The notes under the pieces: model-generated | Database searches by the model: none | Seen by the model: the letters and a program-made list of their open reading frames with translations, nothing else | What the model was told of the DNA's origin: nothing | Shown: in pieces, positions 53,401-64,000 of the stretch | How positions within the stretch are numbered: the first letter of the stretch is position 1 | Layout of the letters: every line of letters starts with the position of its first letter | Assembly: GCA_051294905.1 (NCBI GenBank) | Contig: CM119372.1 | Location: 4,590,001 to 4,654,000 of the forward strand | Direction of reading: 5' to 3' | DNA: 64,000 nucleotides | From: Botryllus schlosseri | Lineage: Eukaryota | Translations under genes and position numbers: made by a program

Positions 53401-56400
53401 GCGTTATTTGTATATAATTCACATTGCAAGTGGATTATTTTTGTAAACGCCGTAACCCGTCCTGGTGATGGATTGCCGCAAATTTTCAAAGACACCCGTA
53501 GATTGCCAAGTCACGTTGTCTCTCTGCCAAAAGTAGGTTCTGGAATTGCTCGGTTCCGCGACTGCCAACGACGCCACCGCCTCTGTTTTGGATAGTAATC
53601 AATACGGGCTAGACGGAATCTCGCCTGTCACGTGCGCGTTTCGAAAATGTGCTTCCCAATATTTTGTTATCTGATGTAGCGAAGAGCCGTCAGACTTGTA
53701 GAATTGGATAATTCTAGTTGTCTTATTGAACTAATCAGAAAAAAAGGCCGGTAATCTAATTCTAATCCAATTTGTGAATCACTTTTATGCTGTAATTCTA
53801 AATATCTAGGCCTACATGGGAACTGTATAGTAGGGCTCTTCAAAAATGACTTTGTTCTCAAATCGTACTGGCTACTTGATAAAATTGTTAGGTTACCTAA
53901 TTTAAGCCTACACACAAAATTTGGTTCAATTCCAGCCAGTAACCGCTTTGCTACAGGAGAAGAAAGTTTCTATTTATTATATAAAAATAAATAATGAAAA
54001 AATTGAAAATTTTCTGTTCACCCCATGAAAGTGTTAGGCTGTCTAGTTTCTATAGAAACGATGCTCACCAAATTTGGTTCTATTCCAACCAGTGGAAGCG
54101 GAGTTATTGCCTTTGAAAAATTTGGATTTGAATAAAATAGTATTTACGGTGACCGATTCTTTGTTTATTTATTATAATTGTGCTCACCGTAAATACTATT
54201 TTATTCAAATCAAAATTTTTCGACGGCAATAACTCCGCTTCCACTGGTTGGAATTGAACCAAATTTGGTGAGCATCGTTTCTATAGACAACCTAACACTT
54301 TCATGGGGTGAACAGAAAATTTTAAATTTTTTTATTATTTATTTTTATATAATAAATAGAAACGTTCTTCTGAAGCAAAGCGGTTACTGGCTGGAATTGA
54401 ACCAAATTTTGTGTGTAGGCTTAAATTAGGTAACCTAACAATTTTATCAAGTAGCCAGTACGGTTTGAGAAAAAAAGTCATTTTTTAAGAGCCCTACTGT
54501 ATAGTGCGCAACGAGCCAAGCTTGCTGCGCAGACACTTGCTATTCTCGTGGTTATGTGATTTAACCCTAGTATACACTTTGCGAATGTGAATTTTTCTTG
54601 CCAAACCAATTAAATAACTCTCTCACTATTTCTGGCAATAGATCGTCGCCAAGGGGTGCCACCGCCGACCCTGAAATATCCACGCTAACGTCGAACGCCA
54701 ACCTCTGTTCGTGCTGCGCAATCCTGGCGATGGTCTGCGCCGATCCCGAATACAGGGTGTACGTTACCGCCTTGGTACGTTTTGCGCTGTTGTATTTTGT
54801 GTGGCTGATGTCACACATCGATTTGTTCCTGCGCAGAGAACGCTACGCGCCATGCTGGCTTACACGCAGTGCCTTTGTGTCGCCGATGTGAGCGCGTTTC
54901 GGAAGATCTTGTCGCCTGTTGTCGAGACTATTTTGTTGCGATGTGCTGACAGCACTAGGTGAGTGTTTATATACACAGTATAATTGTCTTTTACTGACCT
55001 CTACTTGAAATACGTGATCACACCATTGTCAACATGTCGATGGTTCCCAACCCTTTTCGACTCCTCCCCTCCTTGTCAAGCTCGCACAAATTTTCGCCCC
55101 TCATATCTACGGATCTGGAAAAAGACATAAACGGGAAATTTATCCACCCGACTCTGATCGCTGCTGAATCGACTAAAAAAGGTCATTCTTTCCGAGTACG
55201 TGCTCGGAAAACCGATTTCCGCGTGCAGAACTAGCCGTGGTAATTGAATATATGTTGCCGGACTGAATACAGATTTTAAAATACTTTCGTAAGAAGCGTT
55301 TATTAGCTCGAAGAACTTTTCGTGTGATCCTTGTTAAGAGATACCGGTTAAGTTGAATGCAAGATCAAATGATGTATTGTGCCGCTGTATATGAATGACG
55401 AATTTTCATGTCTTGCAATGTCACATTTCGTGTTACGACTGTTGATATAGGCTTACAAAGTTCTTTTGAATTCTCCTCTAGTTGCCGACGATTACCCCTG
55501 ACAAGTGTCAGCCGAAAATATTGATTTTTTTTTCAATACGAATACTTTATTTAATTGTACATTGAAATTCTGTACCTCCGAAAGTCTCTTGAAAAAGAAC
55601 TCGATATCAAATAAACCATCATCGAAATCTCGTACTGCTCTTACGCATACGCGGATGTTTTCTTTTTGTGTATTATTTAACTAACAACAGGTTATTTCAA
55701 GAAAATTTAGTAATTCCAGTGTTGTTTTTGACGCACGGCTCAATGCGGCGATACTGATTTCTTGCATTTTGACGTCAGACACCTCCGCAAATGTCTTCGG
55801 GAAACGGACCGCATTCACGTGATTGTGTTGACGCAATTTTTTGTGCAATTGGGTGTGTCGTGGTGTGTGGCTATTTGTGATCGATGGCAGTCATTATTAT
55901 GTAATGTTCCGCACTTCGTAGCGTCGGAGTTATATTCCAAAACGTAATATATTCACGTCCCTCACGCACAGATCGCTATGTGTCTAATAATGCAATAATA
56001 ATATCTCATGAGATGTAATATAATTTTTTTTACATCATCGGAATCCGTCAGACTCACACCTTCCATCTCTTGCTTTTCAGACGTGCCTTACAACTGTCTG
56101 TGAGTACGATCATGGAACTATGCAATGGTCAATCCGGGGAACTGGCCGTGGGCAAGGAAATTTCTGCGGGCACCGGTATTGCGTTTGGGATATTTGTTTG
56201 TTGTGCTGTGTAATATATCGCGACGATCCGTTACATGTTATCTTATGCGCCTTATGCGAAATCCCAACATGATCTGCATCTTCATCAGTGGTAATGTCAT
56301 GCTGGCTTGGTCATGGTCACCCTAGTTAACACAATGGCTTGATTGTGTTTGACTCGATATCCTAGATGCTATATGCCAGCGGTCGGGAACCTGTGGCTCG

Positions 56401-59400
56401 CGAGCCATATATGGCTCTTTTGGGTATAAGATAAGGCTCTTTTTCAAATAAATATTTTTTTTTACTGAATTGATCAATATCGCAGCAACTGGTTAGTAAA
56501 TTTTCATCACGACCACAATAATTATTCTCGTGAGCGTATAAACATGTCTTTGAGAGGTAAAGAAAATGCCGTCTTCAGGGTTAGGGGCTCGGACAGCCCT
56601 TTTCAAAATCCCCAAATTGAAGTTACTGTCGCGCCGGCGACCAATATCACTCGCGAATTCGATGTACCTGACCCGAAATCTTGGATTGCACGATACGTTG
56701 ATTGATCAAAGAGAATAGCAGAAATGGTGATGCCCATAAATGACAACGTAGTTATCAAATATAGCCTATATACGCACCGTTTTCCCGATCTACTGCGCGA
56801 AATGAACTGCCGTGGAAGTGACATTCACAATTACAAACAACGCCATATCCACGTTCTTGATTGGTGTGTCGCTTTGTGACACCAGCGATAAAATGTAGGC
56901 ATGTAGCGCAACGTTATATGTTCTCGCCAAATACTTTCAGAATTGAGAAGTCGATCAGTATTTAGATTTTCGGAATCAATGCAACAGTTACATTCGGTTC
57001 ACATCAGTTATTATAAATTCTAAGCTATTCACGATGAATTGCGGTATCCATGGCGAAGTTTGGCCCGTCTGTGCCTTACCTATCGCATTGGGCTGTACTT
57101 TCGAATAATAAATATGCAAGTCGCCTAATTTTGGGAGGAAAATGTTCAAAATTCAGTCATTCATTAACATCGATAGAAAATACCAATAAAACTAGCAATA
57201 GTAATTGAAATTTTCACAATTTTCGTTCACTCATCGTAGCGACAGGTGACGAACTGCCTCGCTTGCCTCCCCTGACCCCATGTCACTGATGTATCACACC
57301 TTACATTGGGTATATACGGCTGTAGTGATCATGTTTGGCTCCATTTACGCATGTGATCATGGGTTGTCGCATTTAAAAGCAGCATCACGACGAAGCTACG
57401 TTCTCGCAACTCAAATTTCGCATGCTTGAATGCGGTTACCAGCATGATTAGTACGAATTTTTACAGATAAAATGAGGCGCACACGACGAATCCCCAATGT
57501 GCTACCATGACGTCACAAATTTTCAATTGTGACGTAACAGTTGATCGACATGTATGGCTCTTCGGGAGTTGAAATGGAAAAAATTGGGCCAATATGGCTC
57601 TTCGGACGAAAAAGGTTCCCGACCACTGCTATATGCTATCCATTATAGTGTGGATACAGTGTTGTGGCTCGAGTCCAAGTTCAAGTCACTTGGTTCTCTG
57701 TTCAGTAGGAGTGCTCTAAAATGACTTTTTTTCTCAAATCGTACTGGCTACTTGATAAAATTGTTAGGTTACCTAATTTAAGCCTACACACCGAATTTGG
57801 TTCGATTCCAACCAGTAGCCGCATTGCTACAGGAGAAGAAAGTTTCTGTTTATTATATAAAAATAAATACCCAAAACTTTGAAAATTTTCTGTTCACCCC
57901 ATGAGAGTGTCTATAGAAACGATTTTAACCAAATTTGGCTCAATTCCAACCAGTGGAAGCGGAGTTATTGCTGTCGAAAAATTTAGATATGAATAAAATA
58001 GTATTTACGGTGGGCACCACTATATTAAATAATTAAAGAATTGGTCATTGTAAATACTATTCATTAAAACCGCCAGCCTTATCAGTCTCATTTTTAATTG
58101 AATTGAAATTTTCAGCGTTGCTTTGCCTTGAATACCCAATTCTGACTGCTTTGATCAAAAAATCTGTTGATTACGGCGATGTTTATTGACATTGCACAAA
58201 AAGTCAAAATTTTTTCAAAAATTGTCAAAATTGTCTATGAAGTCAAAATATTTTTGCAACCTGCATTTCGTTGGTGTCGCAGATTCCGTTTTTTAGGTCG
58301 AAGAAATATCCATCTGAAATCGGAAAAAATGTAAATTTTACAAAAACGCGATTTTAAGTTTGATAAAATGGACATACGCTGCGTTAATTCCACCGCGACG
58401 ATATCTCGTCAGCACCTTGAAATATTGGCGACATTAGTTTTTACCGGTCGTTCTTTTGTTTGCAAGAATCACTTGGCGTAGGCGACGTCGATTACTTCCT
58501 GGAGTTTCTCGAATCGGAACGAGCCCCGGACTCGGCGTCTTGGCAGTGGCGGCTAGGACGTCTGAACGTCCTCAACGAACTGTTTAAGGAATTCAAGGAA
58601 AAATTCACGCATCCGTGAGATTCTTCGTCTGGCTTTTGGTGATTGTATCGTGTCTCAATTCGACAAAATTTTAACAGGGAGAGTCACACCGACGGTGCAG
58701 TGTCTGCTAGATTGTCGAAAGTGACCAAGTACACTGCCGACTGTTTGAGGATATCGAAGCATCAGTACGTGGTGAAGATGGCGCACAAAGTGTTTGTTCA
58801 GGTAGCGCGAGTTTGTGACTACATAATGACAACAGTTTAGATCACTCATAAACAAAAGCAAAAAATCGTTCATCTTTTACTGTAACATTACTTCTCCGAA
58901 TTTGCTGTTACCAACTATAGATTTGAAGCCAACGCATCAAGCAATCTTTCTGCAGAGTGATTTACGGAACGACCTAAAACGCTGTTTCCACAAAAAATTT
59001 GCCTTTTCTGTTTTGTCTGAAATTAAAAGCTGTTAACGAGAGAGATGGCTCGGAATTGACGACGAAATGTGGTGTGCTTGAACTCAATCGCGTTGTCTAT
59101 GTTCGCGTTGACACGTGAAGATGGAGTTTTGTGTGCCACCAGCTAAAAAAGTTTGGGAACCACTGATTTAGATAGATCGAAAGAGAGAGAGAGAATCTCT
59201 TGAACTACGGTAGCTGTGTACTGCCTACGATAGCAATCTGATAAAAAAAATGGTGAGGATAATCGACTTGAATATACAATTGGATAGTATATTCATATTG
59301 AAATGAACTCGAATATTTTCGGCTGACACTCGTCAGGGGTAATCGTCAGCAACTAGTAGAGAATTGGAAAGAACATTGTATATCAGCAATCGTATCACAA

Positions 59401-62400
59401 AATATGACGTCACCAGCTTGAAATTTCAAACGGTGACGTCATATTTTGTGATACGATTGTTGATTGACAATGTTTTTTCCAATTCTCTACTAGTTGCTGA
59501 CAATTACCCTTGTCGAGTGTCAGCCGTAAATGTTCATGGCTATTTCAATATGAATATACTATTCAATTGTATATTGAAGTTTTGTACCTCCAAGAAGCTC
59601 TTCAAATAATCGACTTGTTGTTCATTTTCTGCAAACAAAATGAACACCGACAAGTTTTCTACCTGCGCTGCGGCGCATATGAGATATATACTTGACCGCC
59701 AACTTTGACAATCTCATTCCGATTATTTTCACAACGCAGGCAGTCAATTTCGGGAGCAAGGACCCGCAATTCATGAACGTATGCATGCAGCTCCTGCAGA
59801 ACTTGGATTATCCCAGGCTGCGGAAGAGGGTGGCGCAATTTCTACCCGAAGACGTATCGGTGCCAGTGGAATGGTACGATATCGTCTCATTTCTTCTTTA
59901 CTCCCGTATCTATCCGTGTCGAATTCTAGGGGTAATCTGTCGGGGTCGTGCGACGAGCAGAGCGATTGGATCACCGGTCCGGCCGCGATTAAGAGCCCGG
60001 TTTTGGATTCCAACCCGGGGGCCGGCGAGATCGGGATTGCGTCTTCGAGCGTGGCCAGATACCCGTCCTACGTGGTCACGTCTCACAGGGCCACGTTTCC
60101 GTCTCCGAGTCTGGCCGAGGCGTCCATGCAACTGGCGTCGTCGCCGTCGACTAACGAAGAATATGACGAAGGTAGGTTTCTGGCAGTGGGTAAAGTTTTT
60201 TGGGTTCAGATTCATAAGTCAATCTGACTTTTGTAATTTTGACTCGAGTCAAGTCGACTCATTGGTGATTCATCACCGAGTCAAGTCCAAGTAGGTGAGT
60301 AGAGGGTCGAGTCCGGGTCATGGTGTCGTGAATCGAGTCCTATAGTCCAAGTTATTGTATTCACTCTTCGGTTTTGAGTTCAATCCAATTCAACCTAATT
60401 CTTTCAACTCCGCTCAGGTGATACAGAAAGGCTCACATTCATGATACACTAATTTCCATAATTCTTAAAAGTTTCTGACTCTATTTTCCAAGTATCAGGA
60501 CTGATAGACGAAACACCAATCGTGCGGTGACTTCACTATTCTTCGAAGTTACAATGAAATGTATGTCTCGGCCGTCCTAGTCGCGAGTCATATGACTTGG
60601 TTCGAGTTTTTTCGAATTCGGTTATTCTAATTCTGATCTGGTTTGGACAAGCTTATAGTTTTACACTTGTTCATCTCTGGTGACGAAACCTTTGATTATT
60701 TGAATTTTCATGACCGTGACATATTTTGTGTTACGATTGTCGATTTACAATGTTCTTTCCAATTCTCTACCAGTCGCTGACGGTTACCCCTGACGAGTGT
60801 CGGCCGAAAATATACGGGCTCATTTCAATTTGAATATACTGCTCATTTGTGAATTTCGCAGAATTGAACAACATGCATCGAGATGGGATACTTCTGGGCG
60901 GATCGTGCGCGCACCCGCCTACCCCGCCCCCATCGTCGGACGACACCACTAATTTAACGGACGCCATTCAGGTAAGACTGACTCATGACTCTAGTACAAC
61001 GGTACGAATTATGTGGAAAGTTGAAATGTGCACGTTTTATGAAGTTGAAATATGCACGTTTTATGTGACCATGAAGATAATTTGGTATTTTTCAACCATA
61101 CGTATTTCAAGGCACTTTGTGGTGACAATGATGTATTTTGATCATGACCTCACAGTTACGTCATTTCCATTAGCGTGCGTAGTTGGGGTGTTCAAGTTTC
61201 ATCGGCTTGGTTGTCAAATTGTCGGGTTACCTAAAAAAAAACGTCGCACACCAAATTTGGCTCAATTCCAGCCGTTAGATGCCGAGGTCAGCCAGATTGA
61301 AATTTTGGTCATATTTGGAAATAGCAGTGTTATGGTGGCAAATTTAGTCACTACTCAACATGGCCAAAAATCGTATACCCTGAATGGGGCAGGGATGTTT
61401 TTCTACTGTGTGATTTGTATGCTACGTAAGACAAGTCAAGGTCTGTAGGCTTTTTCAGTGAAAAGTTGTATCGTAACTGTAATTCTCATTAGTAAATTTA
61501 CTCTTGGTGGCGAGGAGGGTATGATTTCAGTCTTTGAAAAAAAATATTCGTTTTGCGTCGCGGCATAATCAAATCCTGGGACTACTTTTTGCAGGTCAGC
61601 CTGTTTCGACCGATTCGCAGCGCCAGCCCCGGCGCGGATTACTCCAACGCGAGACCGCCCGTCTTGGACGGGCGTCACCGGGACATCTCGGCCGACGTCC
61701 CGCCGCCCCTGCCCGCCAAAGAAAAGAAAGCGGACCAGACAAAATCCGTTACAGACTCGACAGCGTCACCAAACGCGCGTCGCCAGCGGCCCACGCTGCT
61801 ACGCCTTAGGTCCGAAGTGTCCGCGTTTAGACAGACCACCTCTAACACCATGTCCAAAAAGGCCAGGACGCCGGATTCAGACGCCAGTTCGTCGTGTAGG
61901 GAACGTAGCAGCAGCAGAGAATCAGATTCGTCTTTGGGCAAAAATTCGGACCGGCGGCTCAGCGTTAAAGAGCTGGCCGAGAGCATAAACAGAAAACACA
62001 CCCGGCCCACCGGTCCCGTCCTCAAAAAAGACCCCAAAAATATCACGACACCGCAATCAAAAATGACCCCCGGCCCTGGTTTTGATCGTGACGAGACATT
62101 GTCAAGCACCCTGGACTCGCCCACAAAGCCCCCACCTTTACCGCCACCGCATACAAAGCCCCACCCGCCCGACCCAGACCCGGGGCAGAACCCGAAAAAG
62201 CCTCCGATGCTGCCATCAAAATACGAGAGTCACCCAATCAGCCGTAACATAGCCCGTCGGGGCACTATGGAGCGGTACAAAGAAAGGAAGAGGCTGGAAG
62301 GGTTCGCGAACCACCCGCAAACATTACATGAGGTGCGCACCCCGGACGAACCGCCGGAGGCGTGCCCCGACAAAAGTGCCCCGCCGTTAAATTTGTACAA

Positions 62401-63860
62401 TCGGTCGGCGGCTGAAATTTCGTCGAATAAAACTAGACTGCCGATGAGGGGGATATTGAAACACAGTGGTAGTGTGGAGGTGGGGCGGCGTCCGGCCCCT
62501 GTCCCGGCACGGCAAAAATCAGTCACAACTGATAGTGGTCATGCGTCGTCCAGCTCGATTGATTGTGTGTCAGATGATAAGGATAATTTTAACCCCGCTT
62601 TTAGCCCCGGTAAGTGCCCCGATGTGTTCCCGGGTCCGTATGACGATCACAGGTTAGAAGACGGGTATCCGTTAATACCACCCCCTTTACCACCGAGGCC
62701 ACAGCTTGAGTCCGGGTCCGACTCGGATTGTGTTGGTTCTGAAAAGCGTTTCGGTAACGCGAGGGACTCGTTAATCGACCACCATGGCGCGTACAGGGTC
62801 ACGTTTGGTAACGGGCAGGGCGCGAGGCCTATGCGTCCGAAACATTTGAAGCGCAATGCGAAATCGCCGACCCGCGACTCAAAACACAGTGTGATGTCAC
62901 CGACGGGCCCCCCTAAGACAGGCGTGACCCACGTTACAGAATCTGTCCCGTCTAAGGACGGGAAGGAGTCGTTGTTTTACGTGCGGACCGCGAGACAAGA
63001 TGAGGAAAAGTGAGTCGTAGGTTATTTTCTCTTGGGTGGTCATCGAATTTCCAATATAATCATTAGGGCTGTTCAAAAATAACTTTTATTTCACATTTTA
63101 GCAGCTCTTTGATAAAATTGTTAGGTTGGCTAAAAAATCGATTCAAACCAAATTCAGCTCGATTCCGAAGAGTAGAAGTGCAGCTATTAGAGTTGGAAAA
63201 TTTTGAATTTATTACGAAAAATCTTATTGAATTTGCAGCTATTAATTAGAGTTGGAAAATTTTGAATTTATTACGCAAAATCTTATTGAATTTTGCCGGC
63301 CAACCCATGAAATTGCCTACAGAAACGCTACAAAACAATTTTGACTCAATTCCGACCTGTAGAGGTGAAGATATTTGAGTTTTTCATTAATAATTCTAAG
63401 ATTGTCCTCAGTAAACAGTAAGTTTTCTACTCCAAAATTTTCAACTCCAGTAACTTCGCTTCGACTGGTTGGAAAGGAGTTAAATTTGCTGTACATCGTT
63501 TATTAGACAACTTTACAATTTCGTAGGGCGGAGTTATTTTCGAACGACCGTAAGCCACAATTGCAATTGCAAGCCTGAGAACCCTCGCGTCCGCTTTTTT
63601 GTTCTAGCCACGAATGCTTTTTTCATTTGCAGGCCGGGCACCAGCGCGCAAATGAAGCTGCGTACGTCGTCGGACCAGTCCGGAAGCCAATCGCAATCCA
63701 CCAGCGCCAACACGCCAGAGGTAATAGCAACAGCCGCATACTAAATCCGCGCGCACACCCTGAAAACATTTTTCAATTCAGAGCCAAGCGACTCTCGAAG
63801 ATCTGGAATCGGACACTTCTCAAGCCGACAAGACGCCAATCACTTTCAAATCGGAAATAG
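38439..63860 (+). CDS. MAP3K1: MAP kinase kinase kinase 1 (MEKK1), 5' portion; continues past window end
   Basis: Phase-consistent exons 38439-38585, 40961-41081, 41552-41734, 42511-42584, 42683-42760, 43705-43758, 44031-44204, 45121-45234, 45946-46059, 46122-46258, 50025-50146, 51173-51315, 52687-52838, 54642-54774, 54837-54958, 56081-56175, 58467-58614, 58678-58801, 59740-59873, 59930-60171, 60862-60971, 61595-63009, 63633-63720 and 63782-63860. MEKK1 hallmarks: [95 protein letters not shown] and TFKSEI. The first ~6 exons rest mainly on splice sites and phase, so they are less certain. Confidence 0.92.
38834..40301. mobile_element. Non-autonomous hAT element in MAP3K1 intron 1
   Basis: TIR CAGTGCTTTTCAAC / GTTGAAAATCACTG; exact 8-bp TSD CCATAGAC (38826-38833, 40302-40309). 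Confidence 0.88.
50541..51103. mobile_element. Palindromic hAT MITE, related TAGGGTTGTTCAAAAA subfamily
   Basis: Inverted arms; exact 8-bp TSD CTGTGCAG (50533-50540, 51104-51111). Confidence 0.9.
51894..52490. mobile_element. Older palindromic MITE, TAGGGTTGTTC subfamily
   Basis: TAGGGTTGTTCAAAAATAAC ... GTTATTTTTGAGCAACCCTA; no clear TSD. Related decayed copies at ~4430-4850, 25740-26022, 44483-44835, 46370-46805, 49330-49730 and 63064-63552. Confidence 0.75.
53831..54496. mobile_element. Full-length palindromic hAT MITE (TAGGGCTCTTC family)
   Basis: About 330-bp inverted arms; exact 8-bp TSD CTGTATAG (53823-53830, 54497-54504). Partial copies at ~26035-26443 and ~57705-58045. Confidence 0.92.
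56377..57628. mobile_element. Non-autonomous hAT (Charlie-like) element
   Basis: TIR CAGCGGTCGGGAACCT / AGGTTCCCGACCACTG; exact 8-bp TSD CTATATGC (56369-56376, 57629-57636); TATGGCTCTT subterminal repeats. Confidence 0.9.
59270..59607. mobile_element. Penelope-like inverted pLTR pair
   Basis: Near-perfect inverted arms centred at ~59425; same family as 18867-19302. Confidence 0.72.
59307..59350 (-). ncRNA. Minimal hammerhead motif, intact core, antisense in MAP3K1 intron
   Basis: Reverse complement reads GCTGACG-ATT-ACCC-CTGACGA-G-TGTCAGC-C-GAAA-ATAT-TC-GAGT, with one stem I mismatch. Confidence 0.65.
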
Positions 63861-64000
63861 GTGATCTGTCTTGCCGTGTTATGTTTCTTTCTTTTTTAAC
63901 ATTTGTTTTTTTACCTTATCACATTGATTTATCCTGGCAGACCAAAGCTTGGACTGTGTTCTGCGCTGTGCAGTTTTTTTCTAAATTATAAGCATACTAG

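Noticed and set aside
61675..62856. Several minus-strand ORFs
   Set aside because: Shadows of the GC-rich MAP3K1 exon on the plus strand.
63941..64000. Possible next MAP3K1 exon after CTGGCAG
   Set aside because: In-frame stop after ~14 codons and no clear donor before the window end; not supportable.

Overview
Eukaryotic, intron-rich, AT-rich animal DNA. An invertebrate chordate such as an ascidian is a guess from chordate-like proteins, many 55-100 nt introns and dense MITEs. I reconstructed three spliced genes by hand from GT-AG boundaries and reading-frame phase: (1) a GT7 beta-1,4-galactosyltransferase-family gene (+, 1172 to about 7902); (2) a complete 11-exon KLHL24-like BTB-BACK-Kelch gene (-, 32958 to 22464, 595 aa); (3) the 5' part of a MAP3K1/MEKK1 gene (+, from 38439, at least 24 exons, SWIM, RING/PHD and helical-repeat regions; the kinase domain lies beyond the window). 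Introns and intergenic DNA are full of non-autonomous DNA transposons, several with exact 8-bp target-site duplications (TSDs). The main unexplained signal is a dispersed repeat with about 18 copies. It carries a minimal type I hammerhead ribozyme motif (CTGACGA-G-TGTCAGC-C-GAAA-ATAT-TC) with a palindromic stem III and a possible loop II/5'-flank pseudoknot. It often occurs as inverted pairs and is linked to a decayed GIY-YIG endonuclease, which points to Penelope-like retroelement pseudo-LTRs. Also notable: the GT7 enzyme carries Lys and Leu at the positions of bovine B4GalT1 R228 and Y289; hAT MITEs insert repeatedly at one site of another repeat; a higher-order minisatellite arises inside a dispersed repeat; and a structured ~530-nt cassette has a possible kissing loop. 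Nothing was database-searched or folded computationally.
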